Below, piece by piece: positions 1-12,577 of a stretch of 64,000 nt of DNA. Origin of the DNA: Macrostomum lignano (Eukaryota); NCBI GenBank assembly GCA_002269645.1, contig NIVC01000414.1, positions 310,001-374,000 of the forward strand, in the 5' to 3' direction. The notes below the pieces were generated by a model. That model searched no databases. It was not told the DNA's origin and saw only the letters and a program-made list of their open reading frames with translations. The translations under genes and the position numbers were made by a program. Each line of letters starts with the position of its first letter. Position 1 is the first letter of the stretch.

Positions 1-1684
1 ACTCTGATCCCAATCCAGATCCTCAAACCCACTCTGATCCCAATCCAGATCCTCAAACCCACTCTGATCCCAATCCAGATCCCCAAACCCACTCTGATCC
101 CAATCTAGATCCTCAAACCCACTCTGATCCCAATCCAGATCCTCAAACCCACTCTGATCCCAATCCAGATCCCCAAACCCACTCTGATCCCAATCCAGAT
201 CCTCAAACCCACTCTGATCCCAATCCCGATCCCCAAACCCACTCTGATCCCAATCCCGATCCCCAAACCCACTCTGATCCCAATCTAGATCCCCAAACCC
301 ACTCTGATCCCAATCCAGATCCTCAAACCCACTCTGATCCCAATCCAGATCCCCAAACCCACTCTGATCCCAATCCAGATCCTCAAACCCACTCTGATCC
401 CAATCCAGATCCTCAAACCCACTCTGATCCCAATCCAGATCCCCAAACCCACTCTGATCCCAATCCAGATCCTCAAACCCACTCTGATTCCAATCCCGAT
501 CCCCAAACCCACTCTGATCCCAATCCCGATCCCCAAACCCACTCTGATCCCAATCTAGATCCCCAAACCCACTCTGATCCCAATCCAGATCCTCAAACCC
601 ACTCCAGATCCTCAAACCCACTCCAGATCCTCAAACCCAATCCAGATCCCCAAACCCACTCTGATCCCAATCCAGATCCTCAAACAAACTCTGATCCCAA
701 TCCAGATCCTCAAACAAACTCTGATCCCAATCTAGATTCCCAAACCCACTCTGATCCCAATCTAGATTCCCAAACCCACTCTGATCCCAATCTAGATCCC
801 CAAACCCACTCTGATCCCAATCTAGATCCCCAAACCAACTCTGATCCCAATCCAGATCCCCAAACCCACTCTGATCCCAATCCAGATCCCCAAACCCACT
901 CTGATCCCAATCCCGATCCCCAAACCAACTCTGATCCCAATCCCGATCCCCAAACCCACTCTGATCCCAATCCCGATCCCCAAACCCACTCTGATCCCAA
1001 TCCAGATCCCCAAACCCACTCTGATCCCAATCCAGATCCCCAAACCCACTCTGATCCCAATCCAGATCCCCAAACCCACTCTGATCCCAATCCAGATCCC
1101 CAAACCCACTCTGATCCCAATCCCGATCCCCAAACCCACTCTGATCCCAATCCAGATCCTCAAACCCACTCTGATCCCAATCCCCCCAAACCCACTCTGA
1201 TCCCAATCCAGATCCCCAAACCAACTCTGATCCCAATCCCGATCCCCAAACCCACTCAGATCCCAATCTAGATCCTTAAACCCACTCTGATCCCAATCCA
1301 GATCCCCAAACCCACTCTGATCCCAATCTAGATCCCCAAACCCACTCTGATCCCCATCCCGATCCCCAAACCCACTCTGATCCCAATCCAGATCCCCAAA
1401 CCCACTCTGATCCCAATCCCGATCCCCAAACCCACTCTGATCCCAATCCAGATCCTCAAACCCACTCTGATCCCAATCCCCCCAAACCCACTCTGATCCC
1501 AATCCAGATCCCCAAACCAACTCTGATCCCAATCCCGATCCCCAAACCCACTCAGATCCCAATCTAGATCCTTAAACCCACTCTGATCCCAATCCAGATC
1601 CCCAAACCCACTCTGATCCCAATCTAGATCCCCAAACCCACTCTGATCCCCATCCCGATCCCCAAACCCACTCTGATCCCAAGC
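1..1684. repeat. 30-bp minisatellite (actctgatcccaatccagatccccaaaccc) in a tropomyosin intron; runs off the window start
   Basis: Visible 30-nt periodicity with c/t variants; ends about 25 nt before the acceptor at 1706-1708. Confidence 0.97.
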
Positions 1685-1708
1685 CGCTAATCCAACCAAA
1701 TTCTGCAG

Positions 1709-1847
1709 CAAAATCCTTGAGCTCGAAGAGGAGCTCCGAGTGGTCGGCAGCAACATGAAGTCCTTGGAGATCTCTGAGCAGGAAGCCGCCCAGCGTGAGG
1801 AGTCCTACGAGGAGACCATCCGGAACTTGTCCGAACGACTCAAGACC
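1709..1847 (+). CDS. TPM: Tropomyosin, fused exon 6+7a equivalent ([46 protein letters not shown])
   Basis: ttctgcag acceptor and gtgaga donor; 139 nt equals canonical exon 6 (76) plus exon 7 (63); peptide is classic invertebrate tropomyosin. Confidence 0.96.
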
Positions 1848-2086
1848 GTGAGACCCGCCTGCATGAGTCGCGAGAAAGACATTCAGAAAACTTGTTTTAT
1901 TCAAAAAATATTGATTTTAGTTGCCAGGCCAGGCGTTTCCCCCCGATTCATTTCTACAGCATGCCATGGTTGCTTGTTTTTTTTGCGCGTGTTTTAGAAT
2001 CAGTCTTTGTTTTGAGCTGCATGGAATGCACCATGAAACCATAAACACAGCATCCTCTTTGCATGCCCAACTGAAACAAAATGCAG

Positions 2087-2149
2087 GCCTCAAGCAAGGA
2101 GACTCACCTGGAGAAGCACATTCAGGAGCTGAAGTTCAAAGTAGACGAG
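2087..2149 (+). CDS. TPM: Tropomyosin, putative alternative exon 7b (ASSKETHLEKHIQELKFKVDE)
   Basis: cag/gtag boundaries, exactly 63 nt, phase 0-0, coiled-coil-like peptide alignable to exon 7 (A.Q.E..YE..I..L...LK.). Confidence 0.75.
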
Positions 2150-2439
2150 GTAGCTGCTTGTACTCTTTTTTTCAAATTTTCTTATCCCAGACTCTCGCAT
2201 GCAGCTCGGTTGAACAGGCGTTTCTATCATTGCTGATTACTGCCTGGCAACTTATTTTTATGCCTAGACTTAACTTACCTACATGTACTAACCGTCTCCT
2301 TTATTCTCCACATCTTCCATTCTCATCAAATTTATTCACCTGATCCTAATTCTCTCCGCCCCTACCTGTAAATTACCTTCGATCCTGATTCTCCCCCTGT
2401 AAATTACTCTGTTTCTTATTATTTAAAATCAGAGAAATT

Positions 2440-3020
2440 CCTTTGATTCCAATTCTTCCCTGTAAATTCCCCTGATCCCAATTCTTCCCTGTAAATTCCC
2501 CTGATCCCAAGTCTTCCACTGTAAATTCCCCTGATGCCAATTGCTCCCCTGTAAATTCCCCTGATCCTAATTGCTCACCTGTAAATTCCCCTGATCCCAA
2601 TTCTTCCCCCGTAAATTCCCCTGATCCCAATTGCTCCCCTGTAAATTCCCCTGATCCCAATTGCTCCCCTGTAAATTCCCCTGATCCTAATTGCTCCCCT
2701 GTAAATTACCCTGATCCCAATTCTTCACCTGTAAATTCCCCTGATCCCAATTCTTCACCTGTAAGTTCCCCTGATCCCAATTGCTTCCCTGTGAATTCCC
2801 CTGATTCCAATTCTTTCCCTGTAAATTACCCTGATCCCAATTCTTCACCTGTAAATTCCCCTGATTCCAATTCTTCACCTAGTAAATTCCCCTGATTCCA
2901 ATTCTTCACCTAGTAAATTCCCCTGATCCCAATTCTTCACCTAGTAAATTCCCCTGATTCCAATTCTTCACCTGTGAATTCTCCTGATCCCAATTGCTCC
3001 CCTGTAAATTCCCCTATAAT
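2440..3020. repeat. 30-bp minisatellite (gtaaattcccctgatcccaattcttcacct)
   Basis: Visible periodicity; intronic. Confidence 0.93.
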
Positions 3021-3322
3021 TCCCCCTGTAAATTACTCCAAACCTAATACCCAGACTTCTATTCCCTTTCACTTCTCTATCCAGTCAGTACCTTTTCCTC
3101 TCCTTTTTTTCATGGATCTTCCACAATCGAATCCTGTATTATTTTTTGACTAACCATGTTTTTTGCAATAACTCCTATAAAAACGGAATGCCTCTAAAAC
3201 ACCTTGGATTGATCTGGCCTGGCGATGAATAACAAGAAACAAAGGTTAGACTTTAAAATACTCGAACATTAGCTAGCAGTTGGTGTTTAACAATCTCACA
3301 AAAAACGCACGAAACACCTCAG

Positions 3323-3392
3323 GCTGAGCAGCGAGCCACAGAGGCCGAAAGGCAGGTTGCCAAGCTGCAGAGCGAGGTGGACCGACTGGAGG
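3323..3392 (+). CDS. TPM: Tropomyosin exon 8a (AEQRATEAERQVAKLQSEVDRLE-)
   Basis: ctcag acceptor and gtacg donor; canonical 70 nt, phase 0-1; conserved peptide. Confidence 0.95.
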
Positions 3393-3559
3393 GTACGACT
3401 GAGCACTGTGCTCAACTGCTGCTGTGCCTGCCCAGTCCCAGATTATTATTTTGCTTGCTTGCTAAACTGCCATAAAGTTTACAATACTTCTCAGCTGCAT
3501 GCGAGGGTTTTTGGGTGTTTTGTACTTTCTTTTGGTGCGTGCAATCAAGTGAACTGGAT

Positions 3560-4047
3560 TCCAGCTACCCCAGACGATTCCAGCTACACCTGACGATTCC
3601 AGCTACTACCTGACAATTCCAGCTACCACCTGACAATTCCAGCTACCACCTGACAATTCCAGCTACCACCTGACAATTCCAGCTACCACCTGACAATTCC
3701 AGCTACCACCTGACAATTCCAGCTACCACCTGACAATTCCAGCTACCACCTGACAATTCCAGCTACCACCTGACAATTCCAGCTACCACCTGACAATTCC
3801 AGCTACCACCTGACAATTCCAGCTACCACCTGACAATTCCAGCTACCACCTGACAATTCCAGCTACCACCTGACAATTCCAGCTACCACCTGACAATTCC
3901 AGCTACCACCTGACAATTCCAGCTACCACCTGACAATTCCAGCTACCACCTGACAATTCCAGCTACCACCTGACAATTCCAGCTACCTCCTGACAATTCC
4001 AGCTACCACCTGACAATTCCAGCTACCCCTGACGATTCCAGCTACCT
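3560..4047. repeat. 20-bp minisatellite (ttccagctaccacctgacaa), highly homogeneous
   Basis: Near-perfect 20-nt periodicity. Confidence 0.96.
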
Positions 4048-4149
4048 CATGCTCACTATTTTTTTTTTGTTGAGTACTGTTTGTTGTCACTGTGCATGGT
4101 TTGTTTTATCCCGCATCTCAATAACCTGCATGCAAACTGACAACCCCAG

Positions 4150-4219
4150 GCAGAGCAAAGGGCACTCACCGCAGAACGAGAGGCCCTGCAAATGCAGAAG
4201 GAGCTTGATGAGGCCGAAG
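4150..4219 (+). CDS. TPM: Tropomyosin, putative alternative exon 8b (AEQRALTAEREALQMQKELDEAE-)
   Basis: ctgac branch-like motif, cccag acceptor, gtaaag donor; exactly 70 nt, phase 0-1; starts AEQRA like exon 8a. Confidence 0.85.
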
Positions 4220-4292
4220 GTAAAGAAACTGAGAAATGTCGGAGGAAATTAGAAGTTGTGGATAGGACCCTGTTGGATTCGGGATTCACTGT

Positions 4293-4912
4293 AGGTCGGC
4301 GCCCCTGTCTCTTAGGTTGGCGCCCCTGTCTCTTAGGTTGGCGCCCCTGTCTATTTGATTGGTTGGCGTCCCTGTCCCTTAGGTTGGCGCCCCTGTCCCT
4401 TAGGTTGGCGCCCCTGTCCCTTAGGTTGGCGCCCCTGTCTCTTAGGTTGGCGCCCCTGTCTCTTTGATTGGTTGGCGCCCCTGTCCCTTAGGTTGGCGCC
4501 CCTGTCCCTTAGGTTGGCGCCCCTGTCTCTTAGGTTGGCGCCCCTGTCTCTTAGGTTGGTTGGCGCCCCTGTCCCTTAGGTTGGCGCCCCTGTCTCTTAG
4601 GTTGGCGCCCCTGTCTCTTTGATTGGTTGGCGTCCCTGTCCCTTAGGTTGGCGCCCCTGTCCCTTAGGTTGGCGCCCCTGTCCCTTAGGTTGGCGCCCCT
4701 GTCCCTTAGGTTGGCGCCCCTGTATCTTAGGTTGGCGCCCCTGTCCCTTAGGTTGGCGCCCCTGTCCCTTAGTTTGGCGCCCGTCTCTTAGGTTGGCGCC
4801 CCTGTCCCTTAGGTTGGCGCCCGTCTCTTAGGTTGGCGCCCCTGTCCCTTAGGTTGGCGCCCCTGTCCCTTAGGTTGGCGCCCCTGTCCCTTAGGTTGGC
4901 GCCCTTGTCTCT
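4293..4912. repeat. 21-bp minisatellite (taggttggcgcccctgtccct)
   Basis: Visible periodicity; produces the spurious LGWRPCP ORFs. Confidence 0.95.
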
Positions 4913-4990
4913 TGGGTTGATGAAAATAAAATTTGAAGTTTTCGAAGCCAGCCTCAACCCTGCATCAATCCGGTGAACTCATCTCTACAG

Positions 4991-5073
4991 TTGAGCTGCT
5001 GCAGAAGAAGGACAGCCTCCTGCAGCTGAAGGGCCAGCTGGAGAGCTACTACAAAGAGATTGAGAGCATTTAG
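4991..5073 (+). CDS. TPM: Tropomyosin, putative alternative terminal exon 9b (-ELLQKKDSLLQLKGQLESYYKEIESI*)
   Basis: ctctacag acceptor, phase 1, 83 nt to TAG; same length as exon 9a and starts xELL like it. Confidence 0.85.
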
Positions 5074-5437
5074 GCGGCGTTACAGCACAGGTAGATGCAG
5101 GTGGTTCACCTCAAACACGGCTTGGCTAACTCAAAAATATAATAATTATTATGGAAAGTTATGATACATTATTATTTGGTTTTAATTAGTTTACTCTCAA
5201 ATTGTTAATTCAATCTGCATTTAACCTGCCGCTAGTCTTTAACTTTGTTTGCTTTATTGCACTGATTGCTACCGGTAATTTTATTAAGTGTGAATAATTT
5301 TTATTTATACAATATTGCTACGTGCAAAATATTAACCTGATTTTGTTTAGTTATTCTATCTTAGTAAGAGCGTAATCTTAGCATTGACACTTTAAATACC
5401 AATTTCACTGTGTTCCTCGTACTGTAGATATCTCGGA

Positions 5438-6380
5438 GTCCCACACCCTCGAATCCCACTGCTGTAAATTCCACACCCTCAAATCCCACATCCTCAATTC
5501 CCACTGATTCAAATCCCACACCCTCAAATCCCACTGCTTCAAATCCCACTGCTTCAAATCCCACACCCTCAAATCCCACTGCTTCAAATCCCACACCCTC
5601 AAATCCCACCGCTTCAAACCATACACCCTCAAATCCTACTGCTTCAAATCCCACACCCTCAAATCCCACTGCTTCAAATCCCACACCCTCAAATCCCACT
5701 GCTACAAATCCCACACCCATGCAAAAATCCCACACCCTCAAATCCCACTGCTTCAAATCCCACTGCTTCAAATCCAACTGCTACAAATCCCACACCCTCA
5801 AATCCCACTGCTTCAAATCCCACTGCTTCAAATCCAACTGCTACAAATCCCACACCCTCAAATCCCACTGCTTCAAATCCCACTGCTTCAAATCCCACTG
5901 CTTCAAATCCCACTGCTTCAAATCCCACTGCTTCAAATCCCACACCCTCAAATCCCACTGCTTCAAATCCCACTGCTTCTAATCCCACTGCTTCAAATCC
6001 CCACACCCTCAAATCCCACTGCTTCAAATCCCACACCCTCAAATCCCACTGCTACAAATCCCACACCCATGCAAAAATCCCACACCCTCAAATCCCACTG
6101 CTTCAAATCCCACTGCTTCAAATCCCACTGCTTCAAATCCCACACCCTCAAATCCCACTGCTTCAAACCCCACACCCTCAAATCCCACTGCTTCAAATCC
6201 CACACCCTCAAATCCCACTGCTTCAAATCCCACACTCTCAAATCCCACTGCTACAAATCCCACACCCATGCAAAAATCCCACACCCTGAAATCTCAACTC
6301 CTAGAAATCCCATCCCACACTATCAAAACCAACTCCCAGAAATTCCACATTCTAAAATCCCACACCCTCAAAGTCCCACA
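5438..6380. repeat. 15-bp two-variant minisatellite (aaatcccactgcttc / aaatcccacaccctc)
   Basis: Visible 15-nt periodicity that degenerates toward 6380. Confidence 0.93.
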
Positions 6381-6448
6381 CGCTAAGTTGGCACTCCCCA
6401 AAGTCCCAACAGGTGAAACCTCAACCAACCGCATTCCCCATCCCGCAG

Positions 6449-6531
6449 ACGAGCTCCTGTCCGAGAAGGAACGCTACAAGGGCATCAGCGAAGAACTGGA
6501 CCAGACCTTTGCCGAGCTCACCGGCTACTGA
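6449..6531 (+). CDS. TPM: Tropomyosin terminal exon 9a ([26 protein letters not shown])
   Basis: cccgcag acceptor, 83 nt; hallmark invertebrate muscle tropomyosin C-terminus [11 protein letters not shown]. Confidence 0.97.
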
Positions 6532-7861
6532 ACTCGCAAATCATTTTTTCTGTTTTCTCATTTCACCGCAACAGCTCTCTCTCGGACTTGCTTGCAGACA
6601 TTTGTTTCGCATATATTTATTTATTTCAGCAAACAGTCTGTGAAATATTTAATATGATTTTATTCATTCACCTAGCTGCTCTCTTTCGTATCTGCTTTGC
6701 TTATTGTCAATCAGTTTAGAATTTGTCAATAATCGATTTGCAGTGTTCACCCCACAACAGTTAGAAATTGAAGCCACCCTAAACATGTAGTAGCTACAGA
6801 CTCAAAAACAGACAAATACAGACAACAATATACTCAGACTTGAAAGACTTCTGCATAAGCAGAATTCAATTTCTTTTGTTTCAGTTTAAACAAATTGTCA
6901 TAACGAGCCGACTCCGCTATACGCATTTATTTATTAATGTTTATATTAGAAGGCCGAGCTTAAAAAGATCAATTTTCAGTGAGCTGAGTTAGAAAAGCCG
7001 GGCGCTAAAACTGAAGCCTGGGAAAAACTGAATTAATACGCAGAGGTCGTCACGATTCACGCCGAAAAGGGGAGCGGCTTCAGTCGAACAGGGGTTGACA
7101 GAGTTGATACCCAATCTGAAATAGGCATAACAATAATACTAAACCTTGCGATAAAAATACAATGTCCTCAATACGCTACTGATATTAGCTGGGGGACAAA
7201 AGTAGCATAGTTGGGAAATGGTCAGCTGAGGACGCAGAATACTCCAAAGCGAGTGGAAGTTTAAAAAAATAATAAAACAGATATAAACAACAAAGCATTT
7301 TTGAAAAAAAACTCAAAATCTGTTTTCAGTGATAAAACCTCCTGACAAAGAAAAGCATTGAAACAGTTGGGGAAATATTTATTAGCAAAATATATAGGGA
7401 ACAAATACTGCTGAAAAAAACAACTCTGTTTTTTAGCACACGGCTGAAGGCGGGCGGTTGAAAAGCAAGGAGAGACAAAAATTAAAACAAAATTAGAATA
7501 ATTTTATGCACTACTGCCAGCCAAATGAGGAGCGCAAGTAGTGAGTTGCGACTTAAAATTGAAGCTAGAACAAAGACCTGTTCAATACGGAATAACCTAA
7601 GATCTGGGTAATGAAATTTAGAAAAAAACAACAATATTTGACAAAAAATTTTATGGTTAAATGACAGTCCAGGTTTGAATCTTTAAACATCTGTAATGCG
7701 CATTCTAAATGTGTCATGACATTAAAATGTAATGGATATTATAATTGTTGGCATAATAATGTTATTAATATATGACAAGCAAACAGACAAACGTATTGTA
7801 CTTTGTAAAAAGGACTAAAAAATATTTTGTATCATTTTAAATTTAGGGCAACTCTTATAAA

Positions 7862-9400
7862 TATTCAGGGCCAATTTCTAGAAACATTCAGGGACAATTC
7901 CTAGAAATATTCAGGGACGATTCCTAGAAACATTCAGGGACAATTCCTAGAAATATTCAGGGACAATTCCTAGAAATATTCTGGGATAATTCCTAGAAAT
8001 ATTCTAGGATAATTCCTAGAAATATTCAGGGATAATTCCTAGAAATATTCAGGGATAATTCCTAGAAATATTCAGGGACAATTCCTAGAAATATTCAGGG
8101 ACAATTCCTAGAAATATTCTGGGATAATACCTAGAAATATTCAGGGATAATTCCTAGAAATATTCAGGGATAATTCCTAGAAATATTCAGGGATAATTCC
8201 TAGAAATATTCAGGGACAATTCCCAGAAATATTCAGGGACAATTCCTAGAAATATTCAGGGACAATTCCTAGAAATATTCTGGGATAATTCCTAGAAATA
8301 TTCTGGGATAATACCTAGAAATATTCAGGGATAATTCCTAGAAATATTCAGGGACAATTCCCAGAAATATTCAGGGACAATTCCTAGAAATATTCAGGGA
8401 CAATTCCCAGAAATATTCAGGGATAATTCCTAGAAATATTCAGGGACAATTCCCAGAAATATTCAGGGACAATTCCTAGAAATATTCAGGGATAATTCCT
8501 AGAAATATTCTGGGATAATTCCTAGAAACATTCAGGGACAATTCCTAGAAATATTCAGGGATAATTCCTAGAAATATTCAGGGACAATTCCTAGAAATAT
8601 TCAGGGACAACTCCTAGAAATATTCAGGGACAATTCCTAGAAATATTCAGGGACAATTCCTAGAAATATTCAGGGATAATTCCTAGAAATATTCAGGGAC
8701 AATTCCCAGAAATATTCAGGGACAATTCCTAGAAATATTCAGGGATAATTCCTAGAAATATTCTGGGATAATTCCTAGAAACATTCAGGGACAATTCCTA
8801 GAAATATTCAGGGATAATTCCTAGAAATATTCAGGGACAATTCCTAGAAATATTCAGGGACAACTCCTAGAAATATTCAGGGACAATTCCTAGAAATATT
8901 CAGGGACAATTCCTAGAAATATTCAGGGACAATTCCTAGAAATATTCTGGGATAATTCCTAGAAATATTCTGGGACAATTCCTAGAAATATTCTGGGATA
9001 ATTCCTAGAAATATTCAGGGACAATTCCTAGAAATATTCAGCGACAATTCCCAGAAATATTCAGGGACAATTCCTAGAAATATTCTGGGATAATTCCTAG
9101 AAACATTCAGGGACAATTCCTAGAAACATTCAGGGACAATTCCTAGAAATATTCAGGGATAATTCCTAGAAATATTCAGGGATAATTCCTAGAAATATTC
9201 AGGGATAATTCCTAGAAATATTCAGGGACAATTCCCAGAAATATTCAGGGACAATTCCTAGAAATATTCAGGGACAATTCCTAGAAATATTCTGGGATAA
9301 TTCCTAGAAATATTCTGGGATAATTCCTAGAAATATTCAGGGATAATTCCTAGAAATATTCAGGGACAATTCCCAGAAATATTCAGGGACAATTCCTAGA
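7862..9400. repeat. 23-bp minisatellite (attcagggacaattcctagaaat)
   Basis: Visible periodicity, roughly 65 units; lies just 3' of the IPPK stop. Confidence 0.97.
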
Positions 9401-9467
9401 TAGCAGCTATCAGGGAAGACTGGGCGATTTCTCAATAAAAACTGTGATACAAAAACAAAAAAGCAAG

Positions 9468-9810
9468 TCAGTCCTGCCGGTGGTTCTTCGCCGCAGTCGC
9501 ATCAAAGCCGCGCAACGCCTCGAGATCCTCTTTGTAGTTTAACCGAATTTTGTCGAACGGTTTCGGATCCAAGTCTACTATGGCTAGGTTCATTAGGAGT
9601 CCTCGACCGGACACGGGGTCCTTGGCGTGGGCAACGCTGTCTGGCAGCTCGCTAGCTGGCAGGCGGCTGGGGGCGAGGGTGAGCATGACTGAGCAGTCCT
9701 TGGCAACCAGGGATGTCAGATAGGCCTCGTAGTGCTGCGCGGACTGGATCACCGACAGCGGCGCCTGCAGCGACTCCACGAAGTCCTTCAGGCTGCCCTT
9801 GGAGCAGTCC
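9468..9810 (-). CDS. IPPK: IPPK exon 9, terminal (DCSKGSLKDFVESLQ...LVAKDCSVML...IVDLDPKPFDKI...RQD*)
   Basis: ccccgcag acceptor; carries IPK1 motifs AKDCS and DLDxKP; frame joins exon 8 (TG+G = Trp). Confidence 0.93.
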
Positions 9811-9821
9811 CTGCGGGGTGT

Positions 9822-12115
9822 GACCGATTCTCATGAATCACTCATGACCGATTCTCATGAATCACTCATGACCGATTCTCATGAATCACTCATGACCTTT
9901 TCTCATGAATCACTGATGACCTATTCTCATTAATCACTGATGACCGATTCTTATGAATCACTCATGACCGATTCTCATGAATCACTCATGACCGATTCTC
10001 ATGAATCACTCATGACCGATTCTCATGAATCACTGATGACCGATTCTCATGAATCACTCAGTGCAGATTCTCATGAATCACTGATGACCGATTCTCATGA
10101 ATCACTCAGTGCAAAATTCTCATGAATCACTCAGTGCAAATTCTCATGAATCACTCATGACCGATTCTCATGGATCACTCATGACCGATTCTCATGAATC
10201 ACTCATGACCGATTCTCATGAATCACTCAGTGCAGATTCTCATGAATCACTCAGTGCAGATTCTCATGAATCACTCAGTGCAGATTCTCATGGATCACTC
10301 AGTGCAGATTCTCATGAATCACTCAGTGCAAAATTCTCATGAATCACTCATGACCGATTCTCATGGATCACTCATGACCGATTCTCATGGATCACTCAGT
10401 GCAGATTCTCATGAATCACTCATGACCGATTCTCATGAATCACTCATGACCGATTCTCATGGATCACTCATGACCGATTCTCACGAATCACTCAGTGCAG
10501 ATTCTCATGAATCACTCAGTGCAAAATTCTCATGAATCACTCAGTGCAAATTCTCATGAATCACTCATGACCGATTCTCATGGATCACTCATGACCGATT
10601 CTCATGAATCACTCATGACCGATTCTCATGAATCACTCAGTGCAGATTCTCATGAATCACTCAGTGCAGATTCTCATGAATAACTCAGTGCAGATTCTCA
10701 TGGATCACTCAGTGCAGATTCTCATGAATCACTCAGTGCAAAATTCTCATGAATCACTCAGTGCAAATTCTCATGAATCACTCATGACCGATTCTCATGA
10801 ATCACTCATGACCGATTCTCATGGATCACTCATGACCGATTCTCATGAATCACTCATGACCGATTCTCACGAATCACTCAGTGCAGATTCTCATGAATCA
10901 CTCAGTGCAGATTCTCATGGATCACTCAGTGCAGATTCTCATGAATCACTCATGACCGATTCTCATGAATCACTGATGACCTATTCTCATGAATCACTCA
11001 TGACCGATTCTCATGGATCACTCATGACCGATTCTCATGGATCACTCATGACCGATTCTCATGGATCACTCATGACCGATTCTCATGGATCACTCATGAC
11101 CGATTCTCATGGATCACTCATGACCGATTCTCACGAATCACTCAGTGCAGATTCTCATGAATCACTCAGTGCAGATTCTCATGGATCACTCAGTGCAGAT
11201 TCTCATGAATCACTCATGACCGATTCTCATGAATCACTGATGACCTATTCTCATGAATCACTCATGACCGATTCTCATGAATCACTGATGACCTATTCTC
11301 ATGAATCACCGATGACCGATTCTCATGAATCACTGATGACCTATTCTCATGAATCACTCATGACCGATTCTCATGAATCACTGATGACCGATTCTTATGA
11401 CCGATTCTCATGAATCACTCAGTGCAGATTCTCATGAATCACTCATGACCGATTCTCATGGATCACTCATGACCGATTCTCATGGATCACTCAGTGCAGA
11501 TTCTCATGAATCACTCAGTGCAAAATTCTCATGAATCACTCAGTGCAAATTCTCATGAATCACTCATGACCGATTCTCATGGATCACTCATGACCGATTC
11601 TCACGAATCACTCAGTGCAGATTCTCATGGATCACTCAGTGCAGATTCTCATGAATCACTCATGACCGATTCTCACGAATCACTCATGACCGATTCTCAT
11701 GAATCACTCATGACCGATTCTCATGAATCACTCAGTGCAGATTCTCATGGATCACTCAGTGCAGATTCTCATGAATCACTCAGTGCAGATTCTCACGAAT
11801 CACTCAGTGCAGATTCTCACGAATCACTCATGACCGATTCTCATGAATCACTCAGTGCAGATTCTCATAAATCACTCATGACAGATTCTCATGAATCACT
11901 CAGTGCAGATTCTCATGAATCACTCAGTGCAGATTCTCATGAATCACTCAGTGCAGATTCTCATGAATCACTCAGTGCAGATTCTCATGAATCACTCAGT
12001 GCAGATTCTCATGAATCACTCAGTGCAGATTCTCATGAATCACTCAGTGCAGATTCTCATGAATCACTCAGTGCAGATTCTCATGAATCACTCAGTGCAG
12101 ATTCTCATAAATCAC
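9822..12115. repeat. 24-bp minisatellite (gattctcatgaatcactcatgacc / ...cactcagtgca) filling IPPK intron 8
   Basis: Visible periodicity; source of the spurious MTDSHESL ORFs. Confidence 0.97.
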
Positions 12116-12128
12116 AAGAGCAGCTCAC

Positions 12129-12577
12129 CAAGCGGTATCATTGTCCTGCAGGAACTTGACCAGTCGGTTATAATGCGACAGGGTGCCATCGATACCCAGC
12201 CGATCAAGCAGTTGAACAGACAGAATTCGGCCCAGCACACAGTTGATGCTGAGCTGGGTGGGTTGCTGCTGCTGTTGCTGTTGTTGCTGTTGTTCCTCTT
12301 GCATCCGCCTTGAGCACAGCTGCGAGTAGTGCGAATCAGCTGGATAGGAAAATTCCGCAGAAGCTGACACAGGGGCCTCATCAGAGACGGGTAGCGACTT
12401 GAACTCATAGGTGAGTGCCTGGTAGAGGGTCTCCACAAATCCCGCAATCAGCTGCTCGTCTGTCACCTCGGCGTTGGTTGACGAGGAAGATGACGGAGGA
12501 ATGTCGAAGAACTCGCGGAGACAGGCTGCGAGATCGGCTGGAGACTCGTTGCCGACTATGTAGGCTGGGGTGCCATT
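12129..12577 (-). CDS. IPPK: IPPK exon 8 (NGTPAYIVG...polyQ...ILSVQLLDRLGIDG...DNDTA)
   Basis: cccag acceptor and gtgagc donor; NG follows ...NNLRVFK as in IPK1; Q-x-LD motif; 449 nt, phase-compatible. Confidence 0.88.

Noticed and set aside
285-1756. ORFs such as [19 protein letters not shown] and DWDQSGFGD
   Set aside because: Translations of the 30-bp intronic minisatellite; open in several frames, with no splice or start context.
7050-7210. Possible third tropomyosin terminal exon after cgcag
   Set aside because: No frame gives a coiled-coil or exon-9-like peptide; more likely 3' UTR or intergenic.
9940-12313. MTDSHESL / MNHSVQIL repeat proteins
   Set aside because: In-frame reading of a 24-bp array lying antisense inside IPPK intron 8.
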